Below are positions 7,495 through 17,485 of a DNA stretch of 64,000 nt, in pieces. How positions within the stretch are numbered: the first letter of the stretch is position 1; every line of letters starts with the position of its first letter. The notes beneath the pieces were generated by a model, which saw nothing but the letters and a program-made list of their open reading frames with translations, searched no databases and was not told the origin of the DNA. The position numbers and the translations under genes were made by a program. The DNA is from Alphaproteobacteria bacterium (GTDB lineage: Bacteria; Pseudomonadota; Alphaproteobacteria; Rhodobacterales; Rhodobacteraceae), in assembly GCA_030429495.1 (NCBI GenBank), contig JAUIFH010000012.1:1896-65895 (forward strand), given 5' to 3'.

Positions 7495-7772
7495 AACACC
7501 CCCTGAACCCGTTCCTCGTCCTTGCCGCCGCGCTTGTCCTTCCCGGCTCGGGTCAGGTGGCGAACGGCCAGCCGCTGCGCGGGCTGACGTTCCTTTTCTT
7601 CATTCTCCTTCTGGGCGGCTACACTCTGAAGACCGCAGGCCCCGACGTCTCGATCATCGGCAAGCTGGCGGGCGGGATCTTCGTCTACGCCATGTCGCTT
7701 TTCGATGCCTACAAGCACGCCCGCATCCGCACCGAAATCTGGCGCCACCGGAATGCGGGCGCGGGTCAGTAA
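7491..7772 (+). CDS. Small membrane protein (93 aa), unknown function
   Basis: ATGA-coupled to the previous gene. FLVLAAALVLPGSGQ...RGLTFLFFILLLGGY and GGIFVYAMSLF hydrophobic spans. Its 3' end overlaps the tdm stop by 7 nt (convergent). Confidence 0.65.
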   Translation: MKHPLNPFLVLAAALVLPGSGQVANGQPLRGLTFLFFILLLGGYTLKTAGPDVSIIGKLAGGIFVYAMSLFDAYKHARIRTEIWRHRNAGAGQ

Positions 7773-10132
7773 TTGCCCTTCACGCGTTCCTTCGTCGGAT
7801 CGAAATGCGGGAAGGGAACGACCGTCGCCTTCAGCCGCTTCTGATCACCGTCAAGCCGGCCGATTTCAAGCTGCGTGCCGGCCTCGGAATGCGTGACGTC
7901 CACTCGCGCCAGCGCGATGACCTTACCGAGGACCGGCGATTTTACCGCCGAGGTGACGATCCCGATCTGCGGCTTGCCGAAGTGCACGCAATCACCGGGT
8001 GACGGTACGACCCCGCCTTCAAGATCGAGGCCGACCAGCTTCTTCTGGGGGTTCGCCTTGCGCGCCTCAAGCGCCGCGCGCCCGATGAAGTCGTCGGTCT
8101 TGCCCTTGAGCGGCACGGCAAAGCCGATGCCGGCCTCCATCGGATCGGTCTGATCGTCGAATTCGGAACCGGCGAAGATCAGGCCGGATTCGATGCGCAG
8201 CATGTCGAGCGCCTTGAGACCGAGCGGGATCATCCCCAAAGGCTCCCCCACCGCCCAGACCGCGTCGAAGACCGCCTTTGCATCCTTCGGATGGCAGAAG
8301 ACCTCGTAGCCGAGTTCGCCGGAATAGCCGGTGCGGCTGACCACGACACCGGGGCCTTCGAAACCGCCAAGCCGACCGATCGTAAGGCGGAACCATCCAA
8401 GCTCCTCCACCGTCGGCTGTGCCGGCGGCGTCCAGATAACCTCTTTGAGGATGTCGCGCGACAACGGCCCCTGTACGGCGATGTTGCAGTGATGGTCGGT
8501 CGAACCACGCACCCAGGCATTCATCCCGCGTTCCTGCGCCTGCTTGCGCAGCCAGATGCCGGACTGATCGTTGCCGCCGATCCAGCGGAAATTGGTCTCG
8601 CCCAGACGGAACACGGTACCGTCATCGATCATGCCACCATGATCGTAGCACATCGCGGTATAGACGATGCCGCCGACCGGCAGTTTCTTCATGTCCCGGG
8701 TCACGCAGAGCTGCATCAGCGCCTCGGCGTCGGGGCCCGTCACCTCGTATTTGCGCAGCGGCGAAAGGTCCATGACCACGGCTTTCTCGCGTGCCGCCCA
8801 GTATTCGGCGACGGCCCCGTGATTGGTCATCTCGCTCGGAAGCCAGTAGCCGTTGTACTCGACGAAATTGCGCGTGTGCGCGGCAAAGCAGTCGTGGAAA
8901 CCCGTTTTCTTAGTCTCTTCCAAATCAGCCCCCGGAGTTTTGCGCCAGCCAATGGAGCGCTTGAAATCCTCTGTCTTCTCGTAGACCCGCAGTTGAATGT
9001 CCGTCGGGTCCCAGCCGTTGGCCGGGTCGATATCGCAGGGACAGGCGGTGGAAACGCAGACCAGATCGGTCAGCGCCCTGAGCAGGACGTAGTCACCTGG
9101 CCGCGACCACGGATCGTCCATGCCGATTGCATGGGTGTCGTCGAGCAGCGTGTTGAAGAAGAAGTTGATCGCCGGCCACCCGCCACGCGGGCGGATGCCG
9201 TAGGTCGCCAGTTCCCGGTTCATGTTGTCCGAGCAGTTGATATGGCCCGGATAGCCGAGGTCCTCGTAGTAGCGGGCGGTGCAGGAAAGGCCGAACGTGT
9301 CGTGCCGCCCGACGGTGTCCTGAACGATCTCGACCAGCGGCTCATGATCGACGGAGAAGTATTTCGCGTGCAGCCCCGGCATCGGATAGAGCGACCCCAT
9401 GAGGGACCGCGTCGTCGTCGGGTCGATCTCGCGCTCCAGCCCCTTGTCGAGCGCGCGCATCGAAAAGGCCTGGAAGTCCGAGCATTCACGGCCCTGAACG
9501 TCGAGAATCTGAATGAACTGGCCCGCTTTCACGACGTAGGGAACGGCCTGCCCCGGCTGGACGTTGGAGTCGAGCAAGGGGTCGGCAAGCGGATCGGGCG
9601 GCGCCAGACGCGTCTTGCCATCGGGCAGCGTCGCGCGCCGGACATAGAGAACCACGTCGGTCGGTGCCCATTGTTCGTGCGGCTCCATCGGCCCGCCGAC
9701 GGCACAGACCACGAGAAGCCCGTCCAGCGAGGCGACGAATTCCACGAAGTCCCCGGGACGGGACCCTTCATCGAATGCAAGGGTGGCGTCGGCCTTTCCG
9801 AGATCGAAGCCGGCCTTGTCCAGCGCGCGGACAACCCTGGCACCGGACGGGTCGCCAAGCAGCGCCGCTTTCAACCCCGCCGCATCGCGGCCGCCTTTCG
9901 CGCCGATCATCCCGGCGTCGGATCGACCGTCATGGGAGAAGAACACGATTTCAACCGGTTGCAGCCCTTCGCGATCCTGAACCGTGATCCGGTCGCCCTT
10001 GAAGATCGGCACGGCGCGGCTGCCGCCGCCCGGCACGGGATGGCGCTCGACACCCGGCGGCAGGACCGGAAGACCTGGGACCAGGACCCCTGCCCGCTCA
10101 TAGGGCCTTTCGAATACGGACGGCGAATTCAT
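7766..10132 (-). CDS. tdm: Trimethylamine-N-oxide demethylase-like protein (N-terminal DUF1989-type domain fused to a C-terminal GcvT/aminomethyltransferase THF-binding domain)
   Basis: 788 aa from the ATG at 10132 (GGAG 9 nt upstream; the track ORF starts 15 codons earlier). The C-terminal half carries GcvT hallmarks (VVMDLSPLRKYEVTGPDA..., SRTGYSGELGYEVF). The two-domain architecture and size match the described Tdm. Confidence 0.75.
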   Translation of the reverse strand: MNSPSVFERPYERAGVLVPGLPVLPPGVERHPVPGGGSRAVPIFKGDRITVQDREGLQPVEIVFFSHDGRSDAGMIGAKGGRDAAGLKAALLGDPSGARVVRALDKAGFDLGKADATLAFDEGSRPGDFVEFVASLDGLLVVCAVGGPMEPHEQWAPTDVVLYVRRATLPDGKTRLAPPDPLADPLLDSNVQPGQAVPYVVKAGQFIQILDVQGRECSDFQAFSMRALDKGLEREIDPTTTRSLMGSLYPMPGLHAKYFSVDHEPLVEIVQDTVGRHDTFGLSCTARYYEDLGYPGHINCSDNMNRELATYGIRPRGGWPAINFFFNTLLDDTHAIGMDDPWSRPGDYVLLRALTDLVCVSTACPCDIDPANGWDPTDIQLRVYEKTEDFKRSIGWRKTPGADLEETKKTGFHDCFAAHTRNFVEYNGYWLPSEMTNHGAVAEYWAAREKAVVMDLSPLRKYEVTGPDAEALMQLCVTRDMKKLPVGGIVYTAMCYDHGGMIDDGTVFRLGETNFRWIGGNDQSGIWLRKQAQERGMNAWVRGSTDHHCNIAVQGPLSRDILKEVIWTPPAQPTVEELGWFRLTIGRLGGFEGPGVVVSRTGYSGELGYEVFCHPKDAKAVFDAVWAVGEPLGMIPLGLKALDMLRIESGLIFAGSEFDDQTDPMEAGIGFAVPLKGKTDDFIGRAALEARKANPQKKLVGLDLEGGVVPSPGDCVHFGKPQIGIVTSAVKSPVLGKVIALARVDVTHSEAGTQLEIGRLDGDQKRLKATVVPFPHFDPTKERVKGNY

Positions 10133-10276
10133 GGTACCTGCTCCAGTTGCCCTCTGCCGGGTTGCCGGAGCGATCATGCCAACCTTGGCGCTTATTTCTG
10201 CGTAGAATCTTTGCGGTCTTTGCCTCTAATAAGTGATGGCTAAGTGATGCCGGAGCGTTAGGATCGCTCTGACGAC

Positions 10277-11293
10277 ATGCGGCGATCGGCGCTGCGGAGA
10301 AAGAGGACAGTCGTGGCAACAGATCGAAGGGATGGCTCCGCAAGGCAGTCGACGGAGCGGCGGAAACCTTTGCCGCCGCTCGACTATCTTCTCGCCTTCG
10401 AGGCGGCGGCGGACAACATGAGCTTTGCGGGCGCCGCGCGGCAGATCAACATCAGCGAGACCGCAATCAGCCGCAAGGTCCGCCTGCTTGAGGCGCATTT
10501 CGGCCTGCCCTTCTTCACGCGCGGGCATCGTTCTATCGAACTCACTCCCTATGGGCGCGAATTCCTCGCGCGGATCGCCCCGGCGATCGAGATGCTGCGC
10601 GAAGCGTCCGACGACGCGCTCAAGACCAGCAAGAACCGGCCCGTCGTTCTGGCCGCCACGAACTCGGTTGCCTCGCTGTGGCTGACCCCGCGCCTGCACC
10701 AGTTCCGGCGCGAGAACAAGCACCTCAGCATCATGCTGATCGCCTCCGACATCGACGACGAATGCCTTGCCGGAACCGTCGATCTGGCCATCCTGCGGGG
10801 CGACGGCAACTGGAAGGGCTTCGATTCACACCTCGTCTTCGGAGAAACGATCTTTCCGGTCTGCTCGCCAGACTTCCTTGCCGATCACCCCGAGGCCAGC
10901 GACGTCAACAGCTTGGCGGCGGCGCCCCTCATAGAAGTGTCCAGCAGCCATACGGAATGGATGAACTGGAAGGGCTGGCTTGAGCGGGTCGGCGCGAAGG
11001 CGCACCGGCTTGAGCGCACGGCGCTTTTCAACACCTACCCCTTGTCCGTTCAGGCGGCGGTGGACGGCGTCGGGGTCGCGCTTGGCTGGGGGCATCTGGT
11101 CGATCAGTTCCTTGCAGAAGGAAAGCTGGTCCGTCCGCTGGGTGATACGCAGGTCCGCACGCGGTTCGGATACTATCTTCTGACGCCGCAGAACCATCCT
11201 GCCTTCCCCAGCCTAATCGAGGTGTCCGACTGGCTGATGAGCGTCAGCGCCGCCCGGACCCGCTATGGCGAACCCGACATCGAAACACCATAG
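10277..11293 (+). CDS. LysR family transcriptional regulator (GcvA-like)
   Basis: 338 aa. HTH LPPLDYLLAFEAAADNMSFAGAARQINISETAISRKVRLLE. Divergent from tdm and upstream of the sox-type operon. Confidence 0.85.
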   Translation: MRRSALRRKRTVVATDRRDGSARQSTERRKPLPPLDYLLAFEAAADNMSFAGAARQINISETAISRKVRLLEAHFGLPFFTRGHRSIELTPYGREFLARIAPAIEMLREASDDALKTSKNRPVVLAATNSVASLWLTPRLHQFRRENKHLSIMLIASDIDDECLAGTVDLAILRGDGNWKGFDSHLVFGETIFPVCSPDFLADHPEASDVNSLAAAPLIEVSSSHTEWMNWKGWLERVGAKAHRLERTALFNTYPLSVQAAVDGVGVALGWGHLVDQFLAEGKLVRPLGDTQVRTRFGYYLLTPQNHPAFPSLIEVSDWLMSVSAARTRYGEPDIETP

Positions 11294-11386
11294 GCGTGTC
11301 GGAAGTCACTACAAAGTTGTCCGAACCGGCGCTGTCCGGCTGACACCGATCCGTGCACCTTGGGACCGAACTGTTCCGAGGTTGAT

Positions 11387-12640
11387 ATGCGCTATTCGGG
11401 CTTCAAGGTCCTCAAGGAAGCACTGACCGGCCACAAGGGCTGGCAGCCGGCATGGCGCGACCCCGCGCCGAAGGCCCACTACGATTTCGTCGTCGTGGGC
11501 GGCGGCGGTCACGGACTCGCCACGGCGCACTATCTTGCCAAGGTCTTCGGACGGTCGAGTGTCGCTGTCCTGGAGAAGGGCTGGATCGGCGGCGGCAATG
11601 TCGGGCGCAACACGACCATCATCCGATCGAACTACCTTCTCGACGGGAACGAGCCGTTCTACGAATTCTCGATGAAGCTCTGGGAGGGGCTGGAGCAGGA
11701 TTTCAACTTCAACGCGATGGTCAGCCAGCGCGGCGTGTTGAACCTGTGCCACACCGACGCCCAGCGCGACGCGTTCCGGCGGCGCGGCAATGCGATGCGG
11801 CTGAACGGCGTCGATGCCGAGTTGCTGGATACCGAGGGCGTGCGCCGGATGGCGCCGTTCCTCAACTTCGATAGCGCGCGCTTTCCGATCAAGGGCGGGC
11901 TTTTGCAACCGCGCGGCGGCACGGTCCGCCACGATGCGGTTGCCTGGGGCTATGCCCGGGGCGCTGACAGCCGCGGCGTCGATATCATCCAGAATTGCGA
12001 GGTCACCGGCTTCCGGATCGAGAACGGCAAATGCCTCGGCGTCGATACCACGCGCGGATTCATCGGCGCGGGCAAGGTCGGCGTGGCGGTTGCGGGGTCT
12101 TCGGGCCGCGTGATGGCGATGGCGGGGATCAACCGCCTGCCGATCGAAAGCCATGTCTTGCAGGCGTTCGTCTCCGAAGGCCTTAAGCCGCTCCTGCCCG
12201 GCGTCATCACCTATGGCGCGGGGCACTTCTACGTGAGTCAGTCCGACAAGGGCGGCCTTGTCTTCGGCGGCGATATCGACGGCTACAACTCCTACGCCCA
12301 GCGCGGCAACCTGCCAGTGGTCGAGGATGTCTGCGAAGGTGGCATGAGCCTGATGCCGATGATCGGCCGGGCGCGGCTTCTGCGCATGTGGGGCGGGATC
12401 ATGGACATGTCGATGGACGGCTCTCCGATCATAGACCGGACCGATATTGACGGTCTCTATTTCAACGGCGGCTGGTGCTACGGCGGCTTCAAGGCGACCC
12501 CGGCGAGCGGATGGTGTTTCGCGCATCTTCTGGCCACGGACCGCCCACACGAAACCGCTACGGCCTATCGTTTCGACCGGTTCCGCAAGGGGCTGATGAT
12601 CGACGAAAAAGGCATGGGCGCGCAGCCCAACTTGCACTGA
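11387..12640 (+). CDS. soxB: Sarcosine oxidase beta-subunit family flavoprotein (context suggests N-methylglutamate dehydrogenase subunit, MgdA-like)
   Basis: ATG at 11387 preceded by GAGG. MRYSGFKVLKEAL...YDFVVVGGGGHGLATAHYL dinucleotide fold. 417 aa. Confidence 0.85.
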   Translation: MRYSGFKVLKEALTGHKGWQPAWRDPAPKAHYDFVVVGGGGHGLATAHYLAKVFGRSSVAVLEKGWIGGGNVGRNTTIIRSNYLLDGNEPFYEFSMKLWEGLEQDFNFNAMVSQRGVLNLCHTDAQRDAFRRRGNAMRLNGVDAELLDTEGVRRMAPFLNFDSARFPIKGGLLQPRGGTVRHDAVAWGYARGADSRGVDIIQNCEVTGFRIENGKCLGVDTTRGFIGAGKVGVAVAGSSGRVMAMAGINRLPIESHVLQAFVSEGLKPLLPGVITYGAGHFYVSQSDKGGLVFGGDIDGYNSYAQRGNLPVVEDVCEGGMSLMPMIGRARLLRMWGGIMDMSMDGSPIIDRTDIDGLYFNGGWCYGGFKATPASGWCFAHLLATDRPHETATAYRFDRFRKGLMIDEKGMGAQPNLH

Positions 12641-12650
12641 GGATACCAAG

Positions 12651-12938
12651 ATGATTATCCCCCACCCCCTGCTCGGTCCCCGCGACTCCCAGGAGTTCAC
12701 CTATCTCGGCGACGCGGACCTGATCGACCGGCCGGACTGGCAGGCGGAAAACGCGGCCGACCGCTTCTACGAATACCTCTACCTGCGCGACAACCCGGCG
12801 GGCGAACACCGCGAACTCTGGTTCCACGAACAGGGTGACCGCAGCTGGCTTGTCGTGACGCGCGACACGGTCACGCATGAAATCTCGAAGGTCGAACTCG
12901 CCCGCGACGTGGCGCGCGCAAGGGGGCGCAGCAAATGA
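12651..12938 (+). CDS. soxD: Sarcosine oxidase delta-subunit family protein (MgdB-like)
   Basis: 95 aa. MIIPHPLLGPRDSQEFTYLGDA... is typical of the delta subunit. ATGA overlap with the alpha subunit gene. Confidence 0.85.
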   Translation: MIIPHPLLGPRDSQEFTYLGDADLIDRPDWQAENAADRFYEYLYLRDNPAGEHRELWFHEQGDRSWLVVTRDTVTHEISKVELARDVARARGRSK

Positions 12939-15892
12939 GCCAGTCACACCGGATCGACGGCGGCCTGATCGACCGCTCCCGCGCCCTGCATTTCCGCTTC
13001 AACGGAAAGACCTATCAGGGACATCCCGGCGACACGCTCGCCTCGGCGCTTCTCGCCAATGGCGTACGGCTGATGGGGCGGTCGTTCAAATACCACCGCC
13101 CTCGGGGGCCGATCTCGGCCGGGTCGGAGGAACCGAACGCGCTGGTCGAACTCAGGTCCGGCGCGCGGCAGGAACCGAACACGCGTGCGACGACGGCCGA
13201 GCTTTTCGACGGGCTCGATGCACGCAGCCAGAACCATGTCGGCCCGCTTTCGTTTGACCTGCTGGCGGTGAACGACCGCCTCTCGCCCTTCTTCGCGGCG
13301 GGCTTCTACTACAAGACCTTCATGTGGCCCAAGGCGTTCTGGGAAAAGCTCTACGAACCGATGATCCGTCGCGCCGCTGGTCTCGGCAGCCTGACGAAAG
13401 AGGCGGACCCGGACCTTTATGACAAGGGGTTTCTGCACTGTGATCTGCTGATCATCGGCGGCGGCCCCGCCGGCCTTGCGGCGGCGCTGACCGCCGGCAG
13501 GGCGGGCGCGAACGTCATCCTCGCGGACGAGGACTTTGTCCTCGGCGGCCGCCTGAACGCTGAAACTTTCACGCTTGGCGACGCCTCGGGTTCGGACTGG
13601 GCGAGCGCCACCGTGGCAGAGCTGGCAGCGATGCCGAATGTCCGCGTGATGGCCCGAACGACGGTTCTCGGCGCGTTCGATCACGGTATCTTCGGCGCGT
13701 TGGAGCGCGTATCCGACCACCTGCTGCAACCCGCCGCGGGAAAGCCGCGCCAGATCCTGTGGCGGATCTATGCGGGCCGGAGCCTTCTGTGCGCCGGCGC
13801 CACCGAGCGCCCGATCGCCTTTGAGAACAATGACCGGCCCGGCATCATGCTCGCCTCCGCCTTGCGGAGCTATGCGAACCGCTGGGCGGCGCTTCCCGGC
13901 AAGGAAGTCGCGATCTTCACCAACAACGACGACGGCCATCGGACCGCGACCGACCTGCTTGCGAAGGGCATCAAGGTCGCCGCCGTCATCGACAGCCGCA
14001 AGACCGACGCGCCACGAACGAACCGCTACGAGGTTCTGGCGGGCGCCTTGGTCAGCGGCGCGTCCGGCCGGCTGGGGCTGAGCGGGGTCGAGGTCCGGCT
14101 GCCGGGTGGCGAGACGCGGACGATCGCCTGTCAGGCGCTTGGCGTTTCCGGCGGCTGGAACCCCAACGTCCACCTTACGTGTCACCAGCGCGGCCGGCCC
14201 GTCTGGGACGAGGCGCTTGCCGCCTTCGTGCCCGGTGGCGTGCTGCCCGCCGGCATGTCCGTCGCGGGTGCCGCGGCAGGCACCCTGTCCACCGCCGGCG
14301 CGCTTTCCTCCGGCGCGGCCGGGGCGGTCAAGGCACTGGCCGACCTTGGCATCAGGGCAAAACCCGCCGACCTGCCCGAGGCAGAGGACGCCCCGGTGCG
14401 GATCGCACCCCTGTTCCACGTTCCGGGCAAGGGGCGCGCCTGGCTCGACCAACAGAACGACGTGACCGTGAAGGATGTGAAGCTCGCCCATCAGGAAGGC
14501 TATGTCTCGGTCGAGCATCTCAAGCGCTACACGACGCTTGGCATGGCCACCGATCAGGGCAAGACGGCCAATATCGGCGGGCTTGCCGTCATGGCCGAAA
14601 TGACGGGCAAGTCGATCCCCGAAACCGGCACGACGATCTTCCGCCCGCCCTACACGCCGGTGGCGATCGGCGCGCTTGCCGGGCGGTCGGCGGGCAAGGA
14701 TTTCCGGCCGACACGGCTCACGCCCAGTCACAAATGGGCGGCCGAGCAAGGCGCAGTCTTCGTCGAGGTCGGGATGTGGCTCCGCGCCCAGTGGTTCCCG
14801 CGGCCGGGTGAGACCCACTGGCGGCAATCGGTCGACCGCGAGGTTCTGGCAACGCGCAAGTCGGTCGGCATCTGCGACGTGACCACGCTTGGCAAGATCG
14901 ACGTGCAGGGCACGGACGCGGCAGAGTTCCTGAACCGCATCTACGCCAACCCATTCGCCAAGCTTGCCGTGGGCAAGGTCCGCTACGGGCTGATGCTGCG
15001 CGAGGACGGGATGGCGATGGACGACGGCACGACCGCGCGTCTGGCCGAGGATCATTTCGTGATGACCACGACCACGGCCAACGCGGTCGGCGTCTATCGT
15101 CACATGGAGTTCTGCCGCCAGTGCCTCTGGCCGGACATGGACGTTCAGATCATCTCCACCACCGAGGCCTGGGCGCAATACTCCGTTGCCGGCCCGAATG
15201 CGCGCCGGCTTCTCCAGAAGATCATCGACCCGGCCTTCGACATCTCGAACGAGGCCTTCCCGTATATGGGCTGTGGTGAAATCACCGTCTGCGGCGGTCT
15301 TCGGGCGCGGCTCTTCCGCATCTCGTTCTCCGGCGAACTGGCCTTCGAGATCGCGGTGCCCACGCGCTACGGCGACGCACTCATCAGGCGCATGGTCGAG
15401 GCGGGGAAGGAATTCGATGCGGTCGTCTACGGGACCGAGGCGCTTGGCGTCATGCGGATCGAGAAGGGCCACGCGGCGGGGAACGAGCTGAACGGCACAA
15501 GCACAGCGCTGAACCTCGGCATGGGCGGGATGGTGTCCAAGAAGAAGGATTCGATCGGTTCGACCCTGTCCGAACGCGAAGGGCTGAACCGCGAGGACGC
15601 GCTCGGTCTAGTGGGCTTCCGGCCGGTCAACCCGGCCGAGACCTTCGCCGCCGGATCGCACCTGATCGGCAAGGGCGATGTCGCGAATGCCGCCAACGAT
15701 CAAGGCTACCTGACCTCTGTCTGCTTTTCACCAAACCTCGGCTATACGATCGGGCTTGGCTATCTCAAGAACGGGGCGGCACGGAAGGGCGAGGTCCTGC
15801 GCGCCGTGAACCCGGTTCAGAACGCCGAGACGCTTGTCGAAGTCGTCAGCGCCCATTTTGTCGATCCAGAGGGGGAACGCCTCCGTGCATGA
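12935..15892 (+). CDS. soxA: Sarcosine oxidase alpha-subunit family protein with C-terminal GcvT-like THF domain (MgdC-like)
   Basis: 985 aa. N-terminal FRFNGKTYQGHPGDTLASALLANGV, the CDLLIIGGGPAGLAAAL fold, and a C-terminal aminomethyltransferase-like region. Confidence 0.9.
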   Translation: MSQSHRIDGGLIDRSRALHFRFNGKTYQGHPGDTLASALLANGVRLMGRSFKYHRPRGPISAGSEEPNALVELRSGARQEPNTRATTAELFDGLDARSQNHVGPLSFDLLAVNDRLSPFFAAGFYYKTFMWPKAFWEKLYEPMIRRAAGLGSLTKEADPDLYDKGFLHCDLLIIGGGPAGLAAALTAGRAGANVILADEDFVLGGRLNAETFTLGDASGSDWASATVAELAAMPNVRVMARTTVLGAFDHGIFGALERVSDHLLQPAAGKPRQILWRIYAGRSLLCAGATERPIAFENNDRPGIMLASALRSYANRWAALPGKEVAIFTNNDDGHRTATDLLAKGIKVAAVIDSRKTDAPRTNRYEVLAGALVSGASGRLGLSGVEVRLPGGETRTIACQALGVSGGWNPNVHLTCHQRGRPVWDEALAAFVPGGVLPAGMSVAGAAAGTLSTAGALSSGAAGAVKALADLGIRAKPADLPEAEDAPVRIAPLFHVPGKGRAWLDQQNDVTVKDVKLAHQEGYVSVEHLKRYTTLGMATDQGKTANIGGLAVMAEMTGKSIPETGTTIFRPPYTPVAIGALAGRSAGKDFRPTRLTPSHKWAAEQGAVFVEVGMWLRAQWFPRPGETHWRQSVDREVLATRKSVGICDVTTLGKIDVQGTDAAEFLNRIYANPFAKLAVGKVRYGLMLREDGMAMDDGTTARLAEDHFVMTTTTANAVGVYRHMEFCRQCLWPDMDVQIISTTEAWAQYSVAGPNARRLLQKIIDPAFDISNEAFPYMGCGEITVCGGLRARLFRISFSGELAFEIAVPTRYGDALIRRMVEAGKEFDAVVYGTEALGVMRIEKGHAAGNELNGTSTALNLGMGGMVSKKKDSIGSTLSEREGLNREDALGLVGFRPVNPAETFAAGSHLIGKGDVANAANDQGYLTSVCFSPNLGYTIGLGYLKNGAARKGEVLRAVNPVQNAETLVEVVSAHFVDPEGERLRA

Positions 15893-16448
15893 TCTTGCAG
15901 CCCTTACGCCACTTAGCGCGACCGAACCGAGAATCGAGCGCATCGGCGCGATCCGGATCGTAGAGGTGACCGACCGTTCGCTCGCCTCCCTCACCTGCCG
16001 TTCGGGCAAGTCCCGGCCGTTCGAGGCTGCGGCGAAGGCCCTGTTCGGCGGCGCCCTGCCCGCGCCCGGAGCCTGGTTCGAAGGCGCCCCCTTCAGCCTG
16101 ATCTGGACCGGACCGGAACAATGGTTCGTCGAAGCTTCATTCGCGACGCACGAAGATATCGCGCGGATATTGAAAGAGCCGTTCGGCGACGCGGCTTCGG
16201 TTACCGAGCAGACCGACGGCTGGGTGCGCTTCGATCTTGAGGGGACACCCGTCGTCGACATGCTGGAACGGCTGTGTCCGGTTCCGTCGCGCCGGATGAA
16301 GAACGACGCCGCGACGCGCACGATGATCGAGCATGTAGGATGCCTGGTGCTGCGCCGTGCTGCGGATCGATTCAGCGTGATCGCACCAAGATCGTTCGCC
16401 GGATCGCTGCACCACGCACTTTGCGCGGCAGCCACCAGCATCGCCTGA
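15885..16448 (+). CDS. soxG: Sarcosine oxidase gamma-subunit family protein (MgdD-like)
   Basis: GTG at 15885 preceded by GAGGGGGA; it overlaps the alpha-subunit stop by 8 nt. The earlier track start (15834) lies inside soxA. Confidence 0.75.
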   Translation: MHDLAALTPLSATEPRIERIGAIRIVEVTDRSLASLTCRSGKSRPFEAAAKALFGGALPAPGAWFEGAPFSLIWTGPEQWFVEASFATHEDIARILKEPFGDAASVTEQTDGWVRFDLEGTPVVDMLERLCPVPSRRMKNDAATRTMIEHVGCLVLRRAADRFSVIAPRSFAGSLHHALCAAATSIA

Positions 16449-16453
16449 CGCGT

Positions 16454-17485
16454 TCAGGCCGAGGGAAGCGGCCGGTTATCCTCGACCCGGAAGCGGTTGA
16501 TCGTGTTACGATCCTCCGCCGGGCTGACGCCGAATTCCTCGCGGTAGTGTCGCATCAGCGGCGGGACCGTTTCATATCCGACGGCCGCCGCGATGCGAGA
16601 GATGGATTCCTTAGAGAAAAGAACAAGTTGCCGCGCGGCCTTCATCCTGAGCGTGCGGTAATACCGAGAAGGGCTCTGTCCCGTCGCCTTCTTGAACTGC
16701 CGCTCAAGTTGCCGGGGCGAGACGCCAACCGTTTCGGCCAGCTCCTCGACCGCGATCGGGTCGGAGACGTGCCTGCCGAGGATCTCGACCGCCTTCGACA
16801 CCGGCGCGGGCAGAAGATCGGCTGTGCTTTCGCGCCGGAAAGTCGGGGTCTTCTGCCGGATGCCCTTGCCCCGCACGACCGGATGCTGGAACCAGCAGGC
16901 GACCTCGGTCGCGACATCGGCGCCAAGCCGGCCCTCGATGAAGTTCAGCATCAGGTCGAACGATGCCGCCGCGCCCGATACCGTATAGCGCGGGTGATCG
17001 AAGACGATGACATCGTCACGCATCTCATGCTCCGGGAATTCCTGCGCAAAGGCAGCCTCGTAGCACCAGTGAACGGATACGGCATGACCGTCGAGCAGCC
17101 CGGACCGCGCCAGCGGAAAGACGCCGCCGCTGACACCGCCAACGGCTGTTCCATGCCGCGCGAGGCGCCGCAGATGCCCCTCGGCCGCCTTGCGGTCGAC
17201 GAACCGCGCCATCGGGCTGCTCAGCACGAACAGGTAGTCAAGACCGGCCGCCTCCGCCAGCGTCAGGTCCGGATCGAACGTGACCTGGGCACTGGATGCG
17301 ACACGTTCCCCCGTCTCCGAGAGAATCCGCCATTTGAATGCCCGGCAAGCCGCAATCTCGTTGGCAGCACGAAGGGGTTCGATCATCGACGTCAGGCATG
17401 ACATAGGAAATCCTGGGAAAATCAGGAATCCGATCGTTATTTCTCGTTGCTCAGGACACATTTGAATTTTACCATCAGGAAACAT
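16454..17485 (-). CDS. GlxA-family transcriptional regulator (DJ-1/PfpI domain + AraC HTH)
   Basis: 343 aa. ITIGFLIFPGFPMSCLTSMIEPLRAAN (DJ-1-like), with C-terminal AraC-type repeats (VEELAETVGVSPRQLERQF..., SISRIAAAVGYETVPPLMRHYREEFG). ATG at 17461 is an alternative start. Confidence 0.85.
   Translation of the reverse strand: MFPDGKIQMCPEQREITIGFLIFPGFPMSCLTSMIEPLRAANEIAACRAFKWRILSETGERVASSAQVTFDPDLTLAEAAGLDYLFVLSSPMARFVDRKAAEGHLRRLARHGTAVGGVSGGVFPLARSGLLDGHAVSVHWCYEAAFAQEFPEHEMRDDVIVFDHPRYTVSGAAASFDLMLNFIEGRLGADVATEVACWFQHPVVRGKGIRQKTPTFRRESTADLLPAPVSKAVEILGRHVSDPIAVEELAETVGVSPRQLERQFKKATGQSPSRYYRTLRMKAARQLVLFSKESISRIAAAVGYETVPPLMRHYREEFGVSPAEDRNTINRFRVEDNRPLPSA

Noticed and set aside
8291-10243. 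650-aa ORF on the plus strand, opposite tdm
   Set aside because: It is antisense to a gene with clear GcvT/DUF1989 motifs. Its product is Arg/Ala/Gly/Pro-rich with no motif, which is typical of a high-GC shadow ORF.
12944-15472. 842-aa ORF on the minus strand, opposite the soxA-type gene
   Set aside because: It is a shadow ORF: Arg/Gly/Ala-rich low-complexity translation, no RBS, and it is fully contained within a well-supported gene on the other strand.
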